In this document: in pieces, positions 1 to 12,354 of the stretch
How the letters are laid out: every line of letters starts with the position of its first letter
How positions within the stretch are numbered: position 1 is the first letter of the stretch
Source: Caecitellus pseudoparvulus
Lineage: Eukaryota; Protista; Bigyra: Bicosoecida
Length of the DNA stretch: 64,000 nt
NCBI GenBank assembly: GCA_965644315.1
Contig: CBFFRQ010000149.1
Location: forward strand, 1-64,000
Direction: 5' to 3'
The notes under the pieces: model-generated
What the model saw: only the letters and a program-made list of their open reading frames with translations
What the model was told of the DNA's origin: nothing
Database searches by the model: none
Translations under genes and position numbers: made by a program

Positions 1-3000
1 GAACCTCGCACCGTCGCATTGCCAGTCCACGGCTGCACGTGCACAGTCCACGAGGCGATACCCAGTGCTCGCGTCACACGGTCACCTGGCCACAGCAGCA
101 CGATGGACAGTACGCCAGCGGGGGACTGCTGCGCGCAGAACAGGGTGGGGGAAGCTGTGGGTGGCTGCAGGGGCAGCTGGTACGAAAAGTCCGCCACGCC
201 TGCACTGGCGGGCAGTGATGCCTGCTGCCCAACAGTGTGCACTGTGATGGGCAAGGCGTCCAGGCGGCCGTCTGGCTGTGCAGGCACTCCTTGGTGCAGC
301 AGAATGCTGGTGCCACCCCCCCACTCAAACGGCACGGAGTGCAGGGCGCCCACTGAAACACGGGCGATGTGGGCTGCAGTGGCGCCAAAGTTGGCGCCGG
401 ACAGCGTCACGCGCGTGGTGTTCGCGAAGCCCTGCGCAGGGCTGACGCGAGTGACGAGGGGCGGCCCATGCACCAGCAGGCGAGCACTCTGCGCTGTCAC
501 GTCAATGCCTGTGTGCGTTCGCAGCACCAAGGCGAGTTCTACGACGTCGCCTGCTGGCACAGGCGGCAAGGCTGCCTCACGGAAGTCGGTGCAGCTGGCT
601 TCCACGCTGCTGCCGACTTGACGAGCACGCATGGTGCCGCCCATGCCGCTGCACGTCGCAAGTGTGTCGCCGTCGGCATCCCGCACGAACACCTCCTCCT
701 GCCCGGTGCTGGGCTGGTCCGGGCCAGCCAGCACCGGGCCAATGAAGGAGATAGTGGAGGTGGTGGGCGACGAGGGCGCTGCGAGGAACTGCAGCGTGCC
801 GGAGACTTGGATGATCTCGGGGGAAGCAAACCGCAGCGCAGATGCGAGGGTGAAGTTGCCACCAGACACCAGGGTGACGGTCACGGGCGCGAGGCCCACG
901 GCGCCCCCCGCAGCCTGCCACGTCGGCGCCGTGCAGGTGAGTGTGCCGGGCGAAGTCACCACAACGCCAGTGCATGGACCGCTGCCGACCGTCACGGAGC
1001 GCACGCCATCCAGCTCCAGCTCAGCGGCGAAGTTGCTGCCAAACACGGTCAGGGCACCGCCGGCCGTGGACAACGTGGATGGCTGCACAGCGCTGATGCT
1101 GGGTTGCAGCAGCACAGTCAGCGGTGCAGGGGCGGTGGCCACGACCTGCCCCAGCATGGACAGCTGCACGGGGCAGTTGGCGCTTGCTTGCCCACCTGCA
1201 CGTGCAGTGGCCGGCGCTTGCAGGGCAGCCGCATCCAGCCCAGCGCAGAGCAGCTGCCCTGGTGCCTGGGCTTGAACCGCAGGGCAGGGCACGCCGCAAA
1301 TGCGGATTTCGTGTGAGAAATTCACGCCAGCCACTGCCAGAGAGCTGCCACTGAGCGTGACATTCAAGAACGCCTGCCCTGCTGTTGGCCTGGCGAAGAC
1401 GGACGCAGGTTGCACCTGTGCCACAACTGGCGCCGCGTAACGTGCAATGGCTGGCGCTTCGACCAGCGTCGCAGACGCACCGCCCCGGCGCGTGAAGTGG
1501 ATGGGGGTGAGGGGACCAAGGCCAGGGGGCAGCTGGCACTGCACGGAGGCCCCTGTGGATGCCGCTGACAGGGGGATGCAGGAGGCGTTGTGGGGCCCCA
1601 GCGTTACGGCGGCCACCTGGCCCACGTGTGTGGCCAGCCGCAGCCCGAAGAGAGTGAGCACTTGCCCGGCAATGTCTGCTGGGAAGGGCAGCACGCCAGT
1701 CAGCAGCGGCTGGCCCAGCACGGGGGCTGAGGCTGGCAGGCGCGCAGCTACATCACCGCCGCCACGCAACAGGAGTGTGTCGACCAGGGGCAATTCCCGC
1801 TCCACGTCCGACAGAGGAAGGGCGGAACACAGAATGTAAGAGGCATTGATGACGGTGGCACTGCCACATTGCGCGTCCCCGACACTGGCGTGCACTGTGG
1901 AGTTGGCGAGGCCCAGGTTGGCGCCGTGAATGGCCACAGCAGCCGTGCCGCGCGCACCCCACACCAGGACAGCTTCCTGCCCCAGAACCTCCACAGCTTC
2001 GATGCTGGGTGTGGCGTACTGCACGGTCACGGGCGGCCAGGACTCCTGGCCAGCCACAGACACAGTCAGGCCCACCGTTCCCGTGCCTGGTGGCATGCGG
2101 CAGTGCAGCAGCCCAGACAGCCGCGAAGCGCCCAACAATGCACATTGCCCTGTCACCTGCCAAGTGGAGTTCGCCGGGGTGTGCACCCATACAGCCGTCG
2201 CGTTGAGGGGGAGTTGGAAGGGCACGGCGGCGGCGGCGAGGGCGCTGGTTGCCTGGCCCAAGCCGAATCCGCGCAGTTGGATGTCTTGCCCTGTGATGCT
2301 CAGCCCAGCGCTGGGGATGGCGGCGGTGATTTGCGGCGGCTCATACTGCAGTCGCGCTGCAGCCGTCGTGCCGGCGATGGGGGACGGCAGGCCCGGCACA
2401 GTGTGGTGCAGGAGGATGGGGACACCCCCCGACACGTTGGCGCTGGGTAGGGGCGGCGCGAGGCAGTGCAGGACACGGCCGCCTTGCCCGACGAGGGAGG
2501 GCGCAGTGCAGGCCGCACCGCCCACTGTGATGGTGAAGTGCTTGGAGGTGGATGAGACGATGCTGAGTGCCCAAAAGACGCCCCACAGGCGCACCAGCGT
2601 GCCTCCTTGAGACGCCACGGTGACTCCCGTGTCGGGTCCGGGGGGAGTGTCCAGCGGCAGGGCGGCATCCATGGCGGCGTGGATGGCAAGGGTGCCGTTG
2701 GCGTGCACCCACGTGTCTGGCCAGGCACACGTGGTGCTCCACGCCTGCACGGCGCTCTGCGTGCCCCCGCCGCCGGCCGAACACCCTGTCCAGGCTGTGC
2801 ACACGCCACTGCCCTCCTGTGTGGGCATGCCAGCGATGGTGCAGGGAATGCCCAGTGCGGCTTGCGGCAGCGGGATGGACACCTCGTCGGCGCCGTGCAA
2901 GGAGGCGAACAGCCAGGGGGGCAGTCCAGGCAGCTCAGCCATGTTGCACGTGACACATGTGTGCACTTGGGTGATGCTGCGCCACGAGCCACGGCTGCCC

Positions 3001-6000
3001 ACCACTGCAGGGCGCGTGGAGATGCCTGCCAGGGTCAGGTACCCTGACAGGTCCAGCGCCCACTGGGCGGCGTGTGTGGCGTGGCGGGCAATGCCTCGAG
3101 TGTCAGTGGACGTGGTGGTGCCGCGGCCACGCAGGCCGTCCTCATCGAGGCCGAAGCACTTGACAGCACCTCCCCACAGCACGACGCACGTTGTAGCGAG
3201 GGGCGTGGCCACAGAGCGCACGGCTGGAGGCAGTCCTGCCACGCCCACCTCGGCGGGGGCCTTGATGTCCCCCACAGACGCAGTGCCGCCCGTGACCAGG
3301 CCGCCTGACACACCCTCGCCCCAACACTGCAGGTGGCCTGACTGCAGCAGGGCACAGGTGTGCCGCGACCCAGCGAACACGTCGATGGCAGGGCCTGACA
3401 GCCGCACACGCGGCATGCAGGCCAACATGTACTGCGTCATGGAGTTGCACACGTTGCCGTTGGTGTCATACTCCAGTTGGCCATCATGGCCGACTTTTTG
3501 GGCCCCCTGCAACGGCACTCCGGCCTTGCCCTGTCCGTCAAAGCCGTTGTTGGAGGTGTGCTGCCCCCAGCACTGCACCCCACCATCTGCGAACACCACA
3601 CACGCATGCGTGTCCCCCGTTGACACGCGCACAGCCGGCACCCTTGCAAAGGTCTGGTTGAAGCGCAGGTATCCCTGTGCTGATGGGTGTCCACCCCCCC
3701 TATCAGCGCTGTTCACCATGTTGCCGTACCCCAGCTGGCCATGGTGGTTGCGGCCCCAGCACGTGACATTGCCGTGCACTGTCACCGCACAGGCAAAGTG
3801 GTTCCCCGCTGCGACAGCGGACAACGTGTCCGGGGGCGCACCAATGCCTGCCGCGAGGGGCAGGGGGGGGAACGCCGTGACTGGGTGAGCCAGGCCCAGC
3901 ACATTGCTGGAATTATGCAGTGCTGCCAAGTCTGCAGTAGGGTGTCCCAAGCAGCCATAGGCGCTGTCCCCCCAGCACCGCACCCGGCCAGCAGCGTTCA
4001 GAACACAGGAGACCTTGTCCCCCACCCTCACGTCCACGATGGCTTCATCGCTGATGCCACCAAACACGAAGGGGGGCGTGCGCACAGACAGTGGCAGCTC
4101 TTGCAGGGAGCGCCACGGAACTCCCTGCCCGCCATACGCTGCCTCATGAATGTACCCCCAACACACCAAGCGTCGTGAGTCGCGGAGGATGGCACAGGTG
4201 GCGCGCTGGCCCACCGACACTTGGCTGGCAGCTTCAGGCAGCGGCACTGACGGCGCCTGCCACCACATCTCGTCGTCCCCGATGTGCTGGGAGTCGCCCT
4301 GAAAGAAAGGCTGCGGCAGGCCCAAGTACGGCCATGTGCCGTCGCCACTGCCCCAGCACGACACCCGGCCGCCCTCACGCAGCACACAGACACGGCCTCC
4401 CCACCCCGAGATGCTGACACCGTCAGCGTGCCGGGGCGGGCGCAGAGCCAGAGATGCAGCGATGGTGGGGGTGGCGTCATACCGTTGTGGCACCAGGGGC
4501 AACAGGTACAGGGGCGTGGACTGGCCCTGCGTGGCAGACTTGCCCAGCCCCCCACGCCCCTCCAGCGACATGCCCATGTGCGTGAGTGCGCCGCCCTGCA
4601 TCAGCACGCTGGTGTACAGGAAGCCAGGCGCCGCGGCGACAGCCCCGCCCTGCAGCAGCACTGGTCCGTCCGCGCCCACTGGCACGCCAGGCCACTCGGC
4701 TTGGCCACTGCTGCCGTCGTTAGCCACTCGGATGAAGGCCTCCCCCGACCCTAGCAGGCTGCCCCCCTCGCCGAAGGTGAGGATGCCCCAGCAATACAGG
4801 TCGCCCCCCACCACGACGGCGCAGTTGTGCAGTTCACCACAGGCGATGGATGTGATGGGGGCGGGGAGCCTCACCACAGGGCCGTGCTCAGCAGTCTCAT
4901 CGTCGCCGATGCTGGCAGCCACAGCCAGCCCCAGGCGTCCGTACAGCACGTTGTCTGAGGTGGGGTCGTCGCCGTTCAGGCTGATGGAGGTGACCAGGAA
5001 GCCGTTCACGTTTCCGCCGAAACACAGCGCGCCCCCACTGGCGCCCACGACACACGCGTGCATGGAGCCCACTGCCATGTTCAGCACCCGTCCCATGCCC
5101 AGAGGCGTCGTGCCGACTGCGGATGGGTCGTTCACATTCCAGATGTGGCCCAGGCCCAGCTGTCCGCCGGTCTGTGTCAGCCCCACATCTGGCTTGTTCG
5201 AGCCCCAGCACTGCAGGTGCCCCGTGATGAGCAGCGCGCAGTAGTGCTGATGCCCGCCCTGGATGTCCACTGCTGCAGCGCTGAGGAGGGCAGGGAGGGC
5301 CTGGGCGGCTTCGCGAATGCCAGTGGACGTGCCGTCCCCCAGCTGCCCAACGTTCCCCTGTCCCCAGCAGTGCACCTGCCCCAGGGTGTTCAAGGCACAG
5401 GTGCTGGTGTCTGACGTCGCCACGTGGATGGTGAGCCCAGCACTGGCGGGAAGGGGCACTGGGCCGAAGTCTATTGGCAGCTCGTCATCCCCGATGTTGG
5501 TGGTGCTCGACGTGGGGTAGCGGCCACACTGGCCCCACCCATTCCACCCCCAGCACATGACTTGCCCGCTGTGCAGCACAGTGCACGTATGCATGGACGC
5601 CAGGGACAGGGCTCGAGCGGGGCCAGGCAGCGACACGAAGGGGATGTCCCCCAGGGGCTCCTCATCCCCCACATTGTCGGTGGAGCCGTAGCCAAGGCGG
5701 CCGGCGCCATTCTGCAGCAGTGACTGTGGGCCGCCCACACCATAGCACTTGACGCCGCCTCCCACGAAGATGCTGCAGCCATGAGAGTGCCCTGAGACAG
5801 CCAGCACCACCCCTGCCGTGGCCGGACGCAGAGCCTGTGTGAGCGGCGGGAAGGAGGCGACAGGGCCCGGGGCAGCCAAGCCCTGCCACGCCACCGGCCC
5901 CTGCTCGGCGACATCCACCCAGCTGGACGCATTTAGTAGACTTGCGACGCCGACAACTTGACTGGACTGCAGTCGCAGCGCGAGGGTCGGGTCGGGCGAC

Positions 6001-6938
6001 GTGTTCTGCCACAGGGCCACTTGCGTAGGGTCGAGGAGGGTCTCTTGCAGGGGCATGTGCAGTACGACACGGGCAGCATGGGCAGGGGCCTGCCATGCGC
6101 GTGGGTGTGCTGCGCTGCCTGCATCGGCGCTTGGCTGGCCAGGGCCGGTGGGCAGCACTGGGTGCTGCATCACCATGCCTGAGCAAACTGCCGTCGCGTC
6201 AAGGACGGCCCACCGCCACCCACGCCATACCCGCGCCTCTGCACAGGACACTGTGGGCTCTGCATGTCCCACAGTCCACTCCACGTGCACTTGGATGGCA
6301 ATGTTTGCTGGGCTGGGCAGGTTCAAGTCAGCGTCAGTGTGCTGCACGTCCCGGGCCACCCACATGACGCTGCCATTCCGCGTGTACAGCGCGTGCTCTG
6401 GTAAGGACGAAGGTATGGCGCCATTCACTGCATACCCAATGTTCCCCACCGCCAGCCAGTCCGCCTTGTATGGAAGGAAAGGCGAGGGGTCGCTGGAAGC
6501 GGGCAAGTCGCTACCGCCGAACGTCAGGTTGAAGTCCCACCGCAGAAACGCATCCTGCACCCCAACATGGGCCGCAGTGACGCCAACAGTCACGTTAGGT
6601 GTGGGCAGAAAAGAGCCTGGCGGCAAGCCCAGCGGCAGAGACACGCCACCGCCAACGCTGATTGGGCCAGCCGAGGCGCTGACGCCACTGGCTGCGCTGC
6701 CGAGCGCGTCAGACAGCGGTGTGTACGACAGGAACCGCAGGCCGCCCACCTGCGGCGTGGAGACGCCTTGCAAGGCTGTGGCTGCTATTGGCTGGACTCC
6801 AGGGACTGCATCCCGCCAAGGCTGGCGGGGATCACCACTCGAGCCACCAAGCGCTGACGGCTCGGCGCACGTGCAGTGCACCAGCAACACGAAGCCAGCC
6901 ACCGCCCAGGTGCTCCAGCCCCAAGTTTTAGAGAGCAT
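1..6938 (-). CDS. Large secreted/membrane RCC1-repeat + IPT/TIG-like protein; 3' end runs off the window; paralog of the interrupted gene at 13147
   Basis: The minus frame from ATG 6938 reads MLSKTWGWSTWAVAGFVLLVHC (signal-like)...FLSYTPLSD...FLRWDFNLTFGG, matching FLSYSPLSD...FLRLDFNLTFSG of the 13147 gene, with repeated xCWG RCC1-like motifs. The ORF track lists no terminated ORF in this frame, consistent with it being open to the window edge. Confidence 0.8.
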   Translation of the reverse strand, partial: MLSKTWGWSTWAVAGFVLLVHCTCAEPSALGGSSGDPRQPWRDAVPGVQPIAATALQGVSTPQVGGLRFLSYTPLSDALGSAASGVSASAGPISVGGGVSLPLGLPPGSFLPTPNVTVGVTAAHVGVQDAFLRWDFNLTFGGSDLPASSDPSPFLPYKADWLAVGNIGYAVNGAIPSSLPEHALYTRNGSVMWVARDVQHTDADLNLPSPANIAIQVHVEWTVGHAEPTVSCAEARVWRGWRWAVLDATAVCSGMVMQHPVLPTGPGQPSADAGSAAHPRAWQAPAHAARVVLHMPLQETLLDPTQVALWQNTSPDPTLALRLQSSQVVGVASLLNASSWVDVAEQGPVAWQGLAAPGPVASFPPLTQALRPATAGVVLAVSGHSHGCSIFVGGGVKCYGVGGPQSLLQNGAGRLGYGSTDNVGDEEPLGDIPFVSLPGPARALSLASMHTCTVLHSGQVMCWGWNGWGQCGRYPTSSTTNIGDDELPIDFGPVPLPASAGLTIHVATSDTSTCALNTLGQVHCWGQGNVGQLGDGTSTGIREAAQALPALLSAAAVDIQGGHQHYCALLITGHLQCWGSNKPDVGLTQTGGQLGLGHIWNVNDPSAVGTTPLGMGRVLNMAVGSMHACVVGASGGALCFGGNVNGFLVTSISLNGDDPTSDNVLYGRLGLAVAASIGDDETAEHGPVVRLPAPITSIACGELHNCAVVVGGDLYCWGILTFGEGGSLLGSGEAFIRVANDGSSGQAEWPGVPVGADGPVLLQGGAVAAAPGFLYTSVLMQGGALTHMGMSLEGRGGLGKSATQGQSTPLYLLPLVPQRYDATPTIAASLALRPPRHADGVSISGWGGRVCVLREGGRVSCWGSGDGTWPYLGLPQPFFQGDSQHIGDDEMWWQAPSVPLPEAASQVSVGQRATCAILRDSRRLVCWGYIHEAAYGGQGVPWRSLQELPLSVRTPPFVFGGISDEAIVDVRVGDKVSCVLNAAGRVRCWGDSAYGCLGHPTADLAALHNSSNVLGLAHPVTAFPPLPLAAGIGAPPDTLSAVAAGNHFACAVTVHGNVTCWGRNHHGQLGYGNMVNSADRGGGHPSAQGYLRFNQTFARVPAVRVSTGDTHACVVFADGGVQCWGQHTSNNGFDGQGKAGVPLQGAQKVGHDGQLEYDTNGNVCNSMTQYMLACMPRVRLSGPAIDVFAGSRHTCALLQSGHLQCWGEGVSGGLVTGGTASVGDIKAPAEVGVAGLPPAVRSVATPLATTCVVLWGGAVKCFGLDEDGLRGRGTTTSTDTRGIARHATHAAQWALDLSGYLTLAGISTRPAVVGSRGSWRSITQVHTCVTCNMAELPGLPPWLFASLHGADEVSIPLPQAALGIPCTIAGMPTQEGSGVCTAWTGCSAGGGGTQSAVQAWSTTCAWPDTWVHANGTLAIHAAMDAALPLDTPPGPDTGVTVASQGGTLVRLWGVFWALSIVSSTSKHFTITVGGAACTAPSLVGQGGRVLHCLAPPLPSANVSGGVPILLHHTVPGLPSPIAGTTAAARLQYEPPQITAAIPSAGLSITGQDIQLRGFGLGQATSALAAAAVPFQLPLNATAVWVHTPANSTWQVTGQCALLGASRLSGLLHCRMPPGTGTVGLTVSVAGQESWPPVTVQYATPSIEAVEVLGQEAVLVWGARGTAAVAIHGANLGLANSTVHASVGDAQCGSATVINASYILCSALPLSDVERELPLVDTLLLRGGGDVAARLPASAPVLGQPLLTGVLPFPADIAGQVLTLFGLRLATHVGQVAAVTLGPHNASCIPLSAASTGASVQCQLPPGLGPLTPIHFTRRGGASATLVEAPAIARYAAPVVAQVQPASVFARPTAGQAFLNVTLSGSSLAVAGVNFSHEIRICGVPCPAVQAQAPGQLLCAGLDAAALQAPATARAGGQASANCPVQLSMLGQVVATAPAPLTVLLQPSISAVQPSTLSTAGGALTVFGSNFAAELELDGVRSVTVGSGPCTGVVVTSPGTLTCTAPTWQAAGGAVGLAPVTVTLVSGGNFTLASALRFASPEIIQVSGTLQFLAAPSSPTTSTISFIGPVLAGPDQPSTGQEEVFVRDADGDTLATCSGMGGTMRARQVGSSVEASCTDFREAALPPVPAGDVVELALVLRTHTGIDVTAQSARLLVHGPPLVTRVSPAQGFANTTRVTLSGANFGATAAHIARVSVGALHSVPFEWGGGTSILLHQGVPAQPDGRLDALPITVHTVGQQASLPASAGVADFSYQLPLQPPTASPTLFCAQQSPAGVLSIVLLWPGDRVTRALGIASWTVHVQPWTGNATVRG

Positions 6939-7569
6939 GCGTGTACGTCGCTGCTGATCTACCGTATAACTTCGATGGGCAGCAGCACGCTCTGTGCTGC
7001 AGCTGTGCAAGCTAGAAAAAGAGTGCTTTGGTGCTCCCTGGGTGACAGGGGAGCTTGCAGAGAATGCCCAGCCCTCCATGCCCACGACCACGCCCAAGCC
7101 TGGCAAGTGGATGGGCAAGCGCCTGCTTTGTCTTCACCCCAGAGCACGACTGCCAAGTGCCGCCCGACCTTGCCGTGGGCGGCGGGGGGAGGTGGAGTGG
7201 ATGACCGCAGCGTTGCGTCGCCTGCGACGAGGGCACCGTGCTGAACTTGCCACCAATGCGAGGCCTGCAGCACCGAGATGGGGCGAACCTCTTTGAATTG
7301 CATGCCATTCTCACTTCCGCAGGTGAAGTTGGGTGGTTAGATTTGGGCCCGTAACGGTGCTCCGCGACCTGCTGTTGCCCTGTTGGTCACATGCGCCTCG
7401 TAGCCGCCCAAGCGTGTGATTTCGAATGCAAGACGGCCGGGCCGATGGTGGGGAACGATGGCTAGGGGTGCAAAGTGCTGCAACATTTCCGCCCTTGGCG
7501 TGGTGTCCAGAGCAGCTGCACTTGTTTCCCACACACCATGGAGGGCAGAAGTGTACAGCTCGCCCTTCC

Positions 7570-10059
7570 TCACGCATGCGCAGCTGCTAGGTGCATGTGG
7601 GGGGCGGAGTCACTGCCCATGGATGAGTCCACAGTGCGCGTGGAGGTGCGGGGGCCTGCCGCTGGCGGGTGGCGCGCGTCTGCTGAAGGTGGTTCAGAGT
7701 CCTCCTCCTCCGCCCCGAAGAAATCGGACGTGAAGTATGCGTGGTTGGCGGCAGGTTTGTGGGTGTCGCCGAGCAAAGAGGACAAGCCTGCCATGGCTGC
7801 TGCTTGCTTGCGTTCCCCTTGCGTCAGCGGCGCCCCTTCCCGCCGTGGGCTGGCTGTGGAGGCTGTGGTGTCGACAGCCGACCCAGCTTGGGCGTGTGGG
7901 GCAGGCCTGTCGGCGGCATCACTGCTGGCACCGTTGCGGCGCTGCTGTCCAGCATCGCTTGAGCCCACACGCAGCGAGTCAGCCATGGTGGCGACGCGGG
8001 CAGCCATGCGAGCTGCAATGTCAGCTGGGGGGCTGGTCGAGCTCGGCAGCGGCTGGGGCGGTCGTGAGGGTTCGGGGGCACGGGCAGTGTCATGGCGCGC
8101 AGCTGGGTTGGGCGTAGTGGCGAAAGACGTGTGCAGGTGCCGCGAGGCGCCGGTGCGACTTGGTGTGAAGGTGCTCGCATGCGAGAAGGTGCCCGGTCGG
8201 CTGAAGCGCTGTCCCTCCAACTCGTTCACAGCCCGGTTGAGGTGGTCGATGACTGCCGTATTGCGGCTGATGATGCCACGCGCTTCCTCCAACTGCTCTG
8301 TGAGTGTCGTGACCTTGGCCTGTGCTTGCTCCTGCAGTGACTCGGCGTCCCCGGCTCTGCGTTTCGCGTCGGCCACATCGGCCAACGCACGGCGCAAGTC
8401 GTCAGCACGGGCATTGGCCGTAAGCTCGGCTTGCTTGGCCTGGCTGGCGTGAAGCTTGACTTTGGCGCGCAGGACACGCTGGTCCTCCTTCAGGCGGGTG
8501 ATGATGCGGTTGCCCTTCTCAATTTCGGAGATGCTGGTGTTCAGCTTGCCCTGCAGCTTGCCGAAGGAGGTCTTGTACAGGGCCAGGCTGTCACTCGTGC
8601 GGCCATGCGCCGACACCTCAGCCTCCAGGCGCTCCCGCACAGCCTGCAGCAGCTGCTGGCCATCTGCCACCTGCTGCTCCAGCGCCGCCACCCGCAATGT
8701 GGAGGAGGACAAGTCTTTTTCCTGGGCCACCCGGTGCTGGCCGGCGGCCTCAGCGGCACTGCGATGGGACACCAGCTCCGCCTCGGCGGCTTCCGCCTTG
8801 CCCCGCCAGTCAGCGCCTTCCCGCTGGGCGTCCCGCAGGTCAGCCTGTAGCTGTGCCACCTGCCGCTCCAGCGCAGCACGCTGCGTGGCGCCCTCATCCA
8901 CAGTGGCTCGCAGGGAAGCCAGCTCCCTGCGAGCTTCCTTGGCGGCTGACGCGAGGTCGGCGGCATGCCGCTGCGAGGCGGCTTCAGCAGCCATGGCTGC
9001 TTCTTCCCGCACCTTGCTCAGCTCAGCGGCGTGGGTGACCTTGAGTGTGGCGGTGGTGGAGTCACTTGCGGACTGGGCAGATGCCAAGGCGGCCTCTGTG
9101 GAGGCCAGCCGATCAGCCATGCGAGAGTGGGCGTCTTGCAGTGCGTCCAGCTGGTTCTGCACCTCTGCGCCAGTGACCTTGACTTGGTGCAGGCGGGCAG
9201 CGAGGTAGGACACCATGTCGGCATCTTGGGCTCGGCTGAGGGGCAGAGACAGGTGGGTGACGTTCTTGAACCTGTTGGTTTCCACGATGTTCAAGACTTT
9301 CTTGGTGGCATCCTCAGTGTCGGTCAGCGTCGCAGAGTACCTGCGGCCGCGGTGGGGAGCGCGCACGTGTGGGGGAGGGCCGGTCAATTTCCGCGTTCCA
9401 CGCTCAGCTCAGCAAAGGGCTGGTAGAACCGACAGCAGGCCGCATGGCCACCACGGGGCAAGGCGAGGGATAACAAGACACGCATTGGGACAGTGGCATG
9501 CGGTGTTTGGCTGCAGACACTGCAGGATGGGGAAGCCCTCGCCTCCAACGGCACGTCCCTCAGTTCAAATGCCAGGCCCGGGCAACTCACCGTGGAAACG
9601 TCGTTGCACCCGCCGTCTGCTGGCAAGCCTGCACGAGCTGGATAAACTCAGAGGGGAACTCGTTGAAGTCAACGCGGATGCCCTCGGCGTTCTTGAGCGT
9701 GTGGAACTCGTTCTCGCTGACAGTCATGGACAGCACCGCCAGCGCGGTGCTTTCGTCCGTCAGCTCGATGCGGAGAATGGCTTCACGCAGGGCGCCGTCC
9801 TGGGCGGCGGGCGAAACGCGGCGTGAAACGCGGCTCCGTCCCCAGCCTGCGCAGCAGCACCACGCACTCGTGATCCCCGCAGCACTCGAATGACATATTC
9901 ATGGTGCACAGTGTCTCCCACAGCGTTGGACTCCACCACCGTCACGCGGTCTTCGAACAGCGGGCTGTCACGCAGCAGCAGCAGGCTGCCACCAGGCGAT
10001 GGTGTTACGAAGGGTGCAGGAGTGCTGCCGCCGCCCACGGCAGCGCTGGGCCCCGCCAT
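7570..10059 (-). CDS. SAS6: Centriolar cartwheel protein SAS-6 (multi-exon)
   Basis: Head-domain motifs IELTDE...ENEFHTLKNAEGIRVDFNEFPSEFIQLVQAC (~9620-9780) and VETNRFKNVTHLSLPL, followed by a long coiled coil. GT..AG intron at about 9341-9590. Exon limits approximate. Confidence 0.8.
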
Positions 10060-10135
10060 GATGGCGCAGTGGCAATGGCAGGCATGCGGCATGCACGGTT
10101 CATGTGGTCCGCGACTTGTGGATTGTGTGCCAGGT

Positions 10136-12354
10136 TCAGGGACTGCCCGGACTGCCGGCCGCTTGGTCAGCGATACCCAGCAGCGCCGCCAAGTCCGCAG
10201 GAGCCAGGCGCAGCGCAGTGCCCGAGTCACCAGCACAACGGACGGCAGCATCGTACACCTGTGTATAGCTCTGCAGCACCTCTCGGGCCACAGCAGTCCG
10301 CAGCCGGCGCCTGAGCAGAACGTCAACCACCCCCACCAGGCCTGGCTCCAGGTCACCCGAGTACGCCAGGGTAGCCACTGCCTCTCCTGCAGCCGCGACA
10401 TCGTCAGCAGAGAGGGAGGCTGCCTCGCCCTGGGCGGCGGAAGCAGCTGTCGTCTGCAGCTGCAGGAGCCCTGTGCGAAGCAGGATGCTTGAGGCGTGGG
10501 TGGAGGCACATCGCCGGCACCAGTACTGCACTTCCTCTGTCAGCACGCCTGCCCACGCAGCTGCTGGCGAATGTGTCTCTGAGGCACTGGCGCCTTGCAA
10601 AGCCCTGTCCACGGCAGCCGTGCAGTTCAGCATGTACCTGTGTGGAGGCGGGGGGCTTGCCGTGTGGACGGGTGTGTGACTCGCAAGCTCGACAACGCAG
10701 CACGTACATGCACAGCTGGGGTTCCTCAAGTGCACTGCCTCGCACGTGCAGGGAGTGCAGGAGAAAGGCAGCGCCATTCGCCACGGCGTGGTGCACCATG
10801 AGACTCGGGTCAACCGCGCCTGAGCTGGGCGGCGGCACGGCCAGAAACGCAGCAAGCTCTGGAGCCAACGCATCGGAGTGCTCTGGCTCCCCCCCATGCA
10901 GCACCCCAAACAAGCGGTGCTCGGCACACCACTCAGCAGGCCAGGCCCTCCGCTGGTCTGCGCATGCCCCGCTCCCGCTGACAGTTGCCGAAGTGAGCAT
11001 GCGCCGCAGCGCACCAGCTGACTCCACAGCAGCCTGAGGAGGCAGGAGATCAGAAGGCAGGGGTGCTAGCTGCTCCGACAAGCGTCGGTTCGCCTCAGCC
11101 GACGCCTTGTACACCTGCAGCGCGGCTGCGGCAACTGCCTCGTCTGTCGCGCGCAGAATGGGGGCGTCCTCGCCTGCACCGACGAGAGCCTTGGTCAGCT
11201 GGCCATGGTAGAAGACCACGGCGTCCCACAATGCCAGCGCGCTGACAGGGTCGGCTGCTGTGCGTTGCATCTGCTGGTGCAGCCTCGCTGCAAGGGACTT
11301 CGACAGGGGGGTGGCAAGGCTGGCCAGCTGAGAGGGCAGGTGCAGGCAGCCGTCGCTGACAGCGGCCTCTGCACTGGAGGCCTGGTGTGCCTGTGGCACC
11401 ATGCTGCTCAGGGCGTCTCCCTCCGTCACGAGGCACTGGTGTACCCACCCAAGGAGTGTGGACACCGTCTGGGGGGGGTCAGCCCCCCCTGCCTGCGCGG
11501 CAGTGGACAGGAACTTGCGAAGCAGGAAGGCACCGCGGGCGGACAGAAAGTCGCGTGTTATGGCAGAGAAGTATGACCACCGCGCCGACAGGAGGGGGAG
11601 GGCGGCGTGAAACGCTGCCACCTGGTCTGAGGCGCCCTGCTCCCGTGCCACGACACCTGCAACCTGAGTCGCCCACTGGAACGCCACACCCAGAGCAGTC
11701 TCCCGCAGCTGGGCAACGTGCTCCAGCACCGCCAAGGCCGCGTCGTTGGGGCCGCTGACGAGCTCAGTCTTGCACAGCTCTCGAAGGCGCCCAGCGCGGC
11801 GCAGAGCGTCGAGAAACGCAGCGTTGACGGAGGAAGGCGTGGCGTGCACCAGCAGCGCCTCAGCGTCACTGTCAAGGAAGTGTGCCTCATTGAACGCCTC
11901 TGCTGCCTCGCGCTGTCGCTCCAGGGCGCTGCGGCGTCGGAGCAGGCCCTGTGCAGTCTGCAGGAAGCCATCCGCACTGCCTTGCGTGGCTTGCAGCTGC
12001 TCTTGCAGTGCGCCTAGCTTCGTGCCGCACATGTCAACGCTGTCAAGCACGTTCTTCCATTGCTGCTCAAGTGGCTCCAGGGCTCGCAGAAGGGCTGTCG
12101 CCTGATCCAGAGTGGCGTCGGCTGGCGCTGCGTGCAGCACCTTGCGCAGCGAGGAGCAGGAGGTGCCTGCCTCGCTTCCTGCACTGCCCTGCACACGAGC
12201 CAGTGTCTGCAATGCCAGACCAGTACCAGACCCTTCCACATCAAGGCTAGCCTGCGCGCGCAGCAGGGGGCGCAGGCTCCTGCAGACCAAGGATTGGCGA
12301 ACCAATTTCCGCTCCACGCACCAGCTGTCGCAGCCGGGATGGCACTGCCGCCAT
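10136..12354 (-). CDS. COG6: Conserved oligomeric Golgi complex subunit 6 (multi-exon)
   Basis: AFLDALRRAGRLRELCKTEL...ALAVLEHVAQLRETALGVAFQWA, LLGWVHQCLVTEGD and YMLNC...VLQSYTQVYDAA resemble COG6 conserved blocks. Start and exon limits approximate. Confidence 0.7.

Noticed and set aside
19-6957. Many long plus-strand ORFs (e.g. 2620-3888, 4336-5244, 6001-6957)
   Set aside because: They are antisense shadows of the single minus-strand RCC1/IPT gene in GC-rich DNA (PQHC/PQQ are mirrors of CWG).
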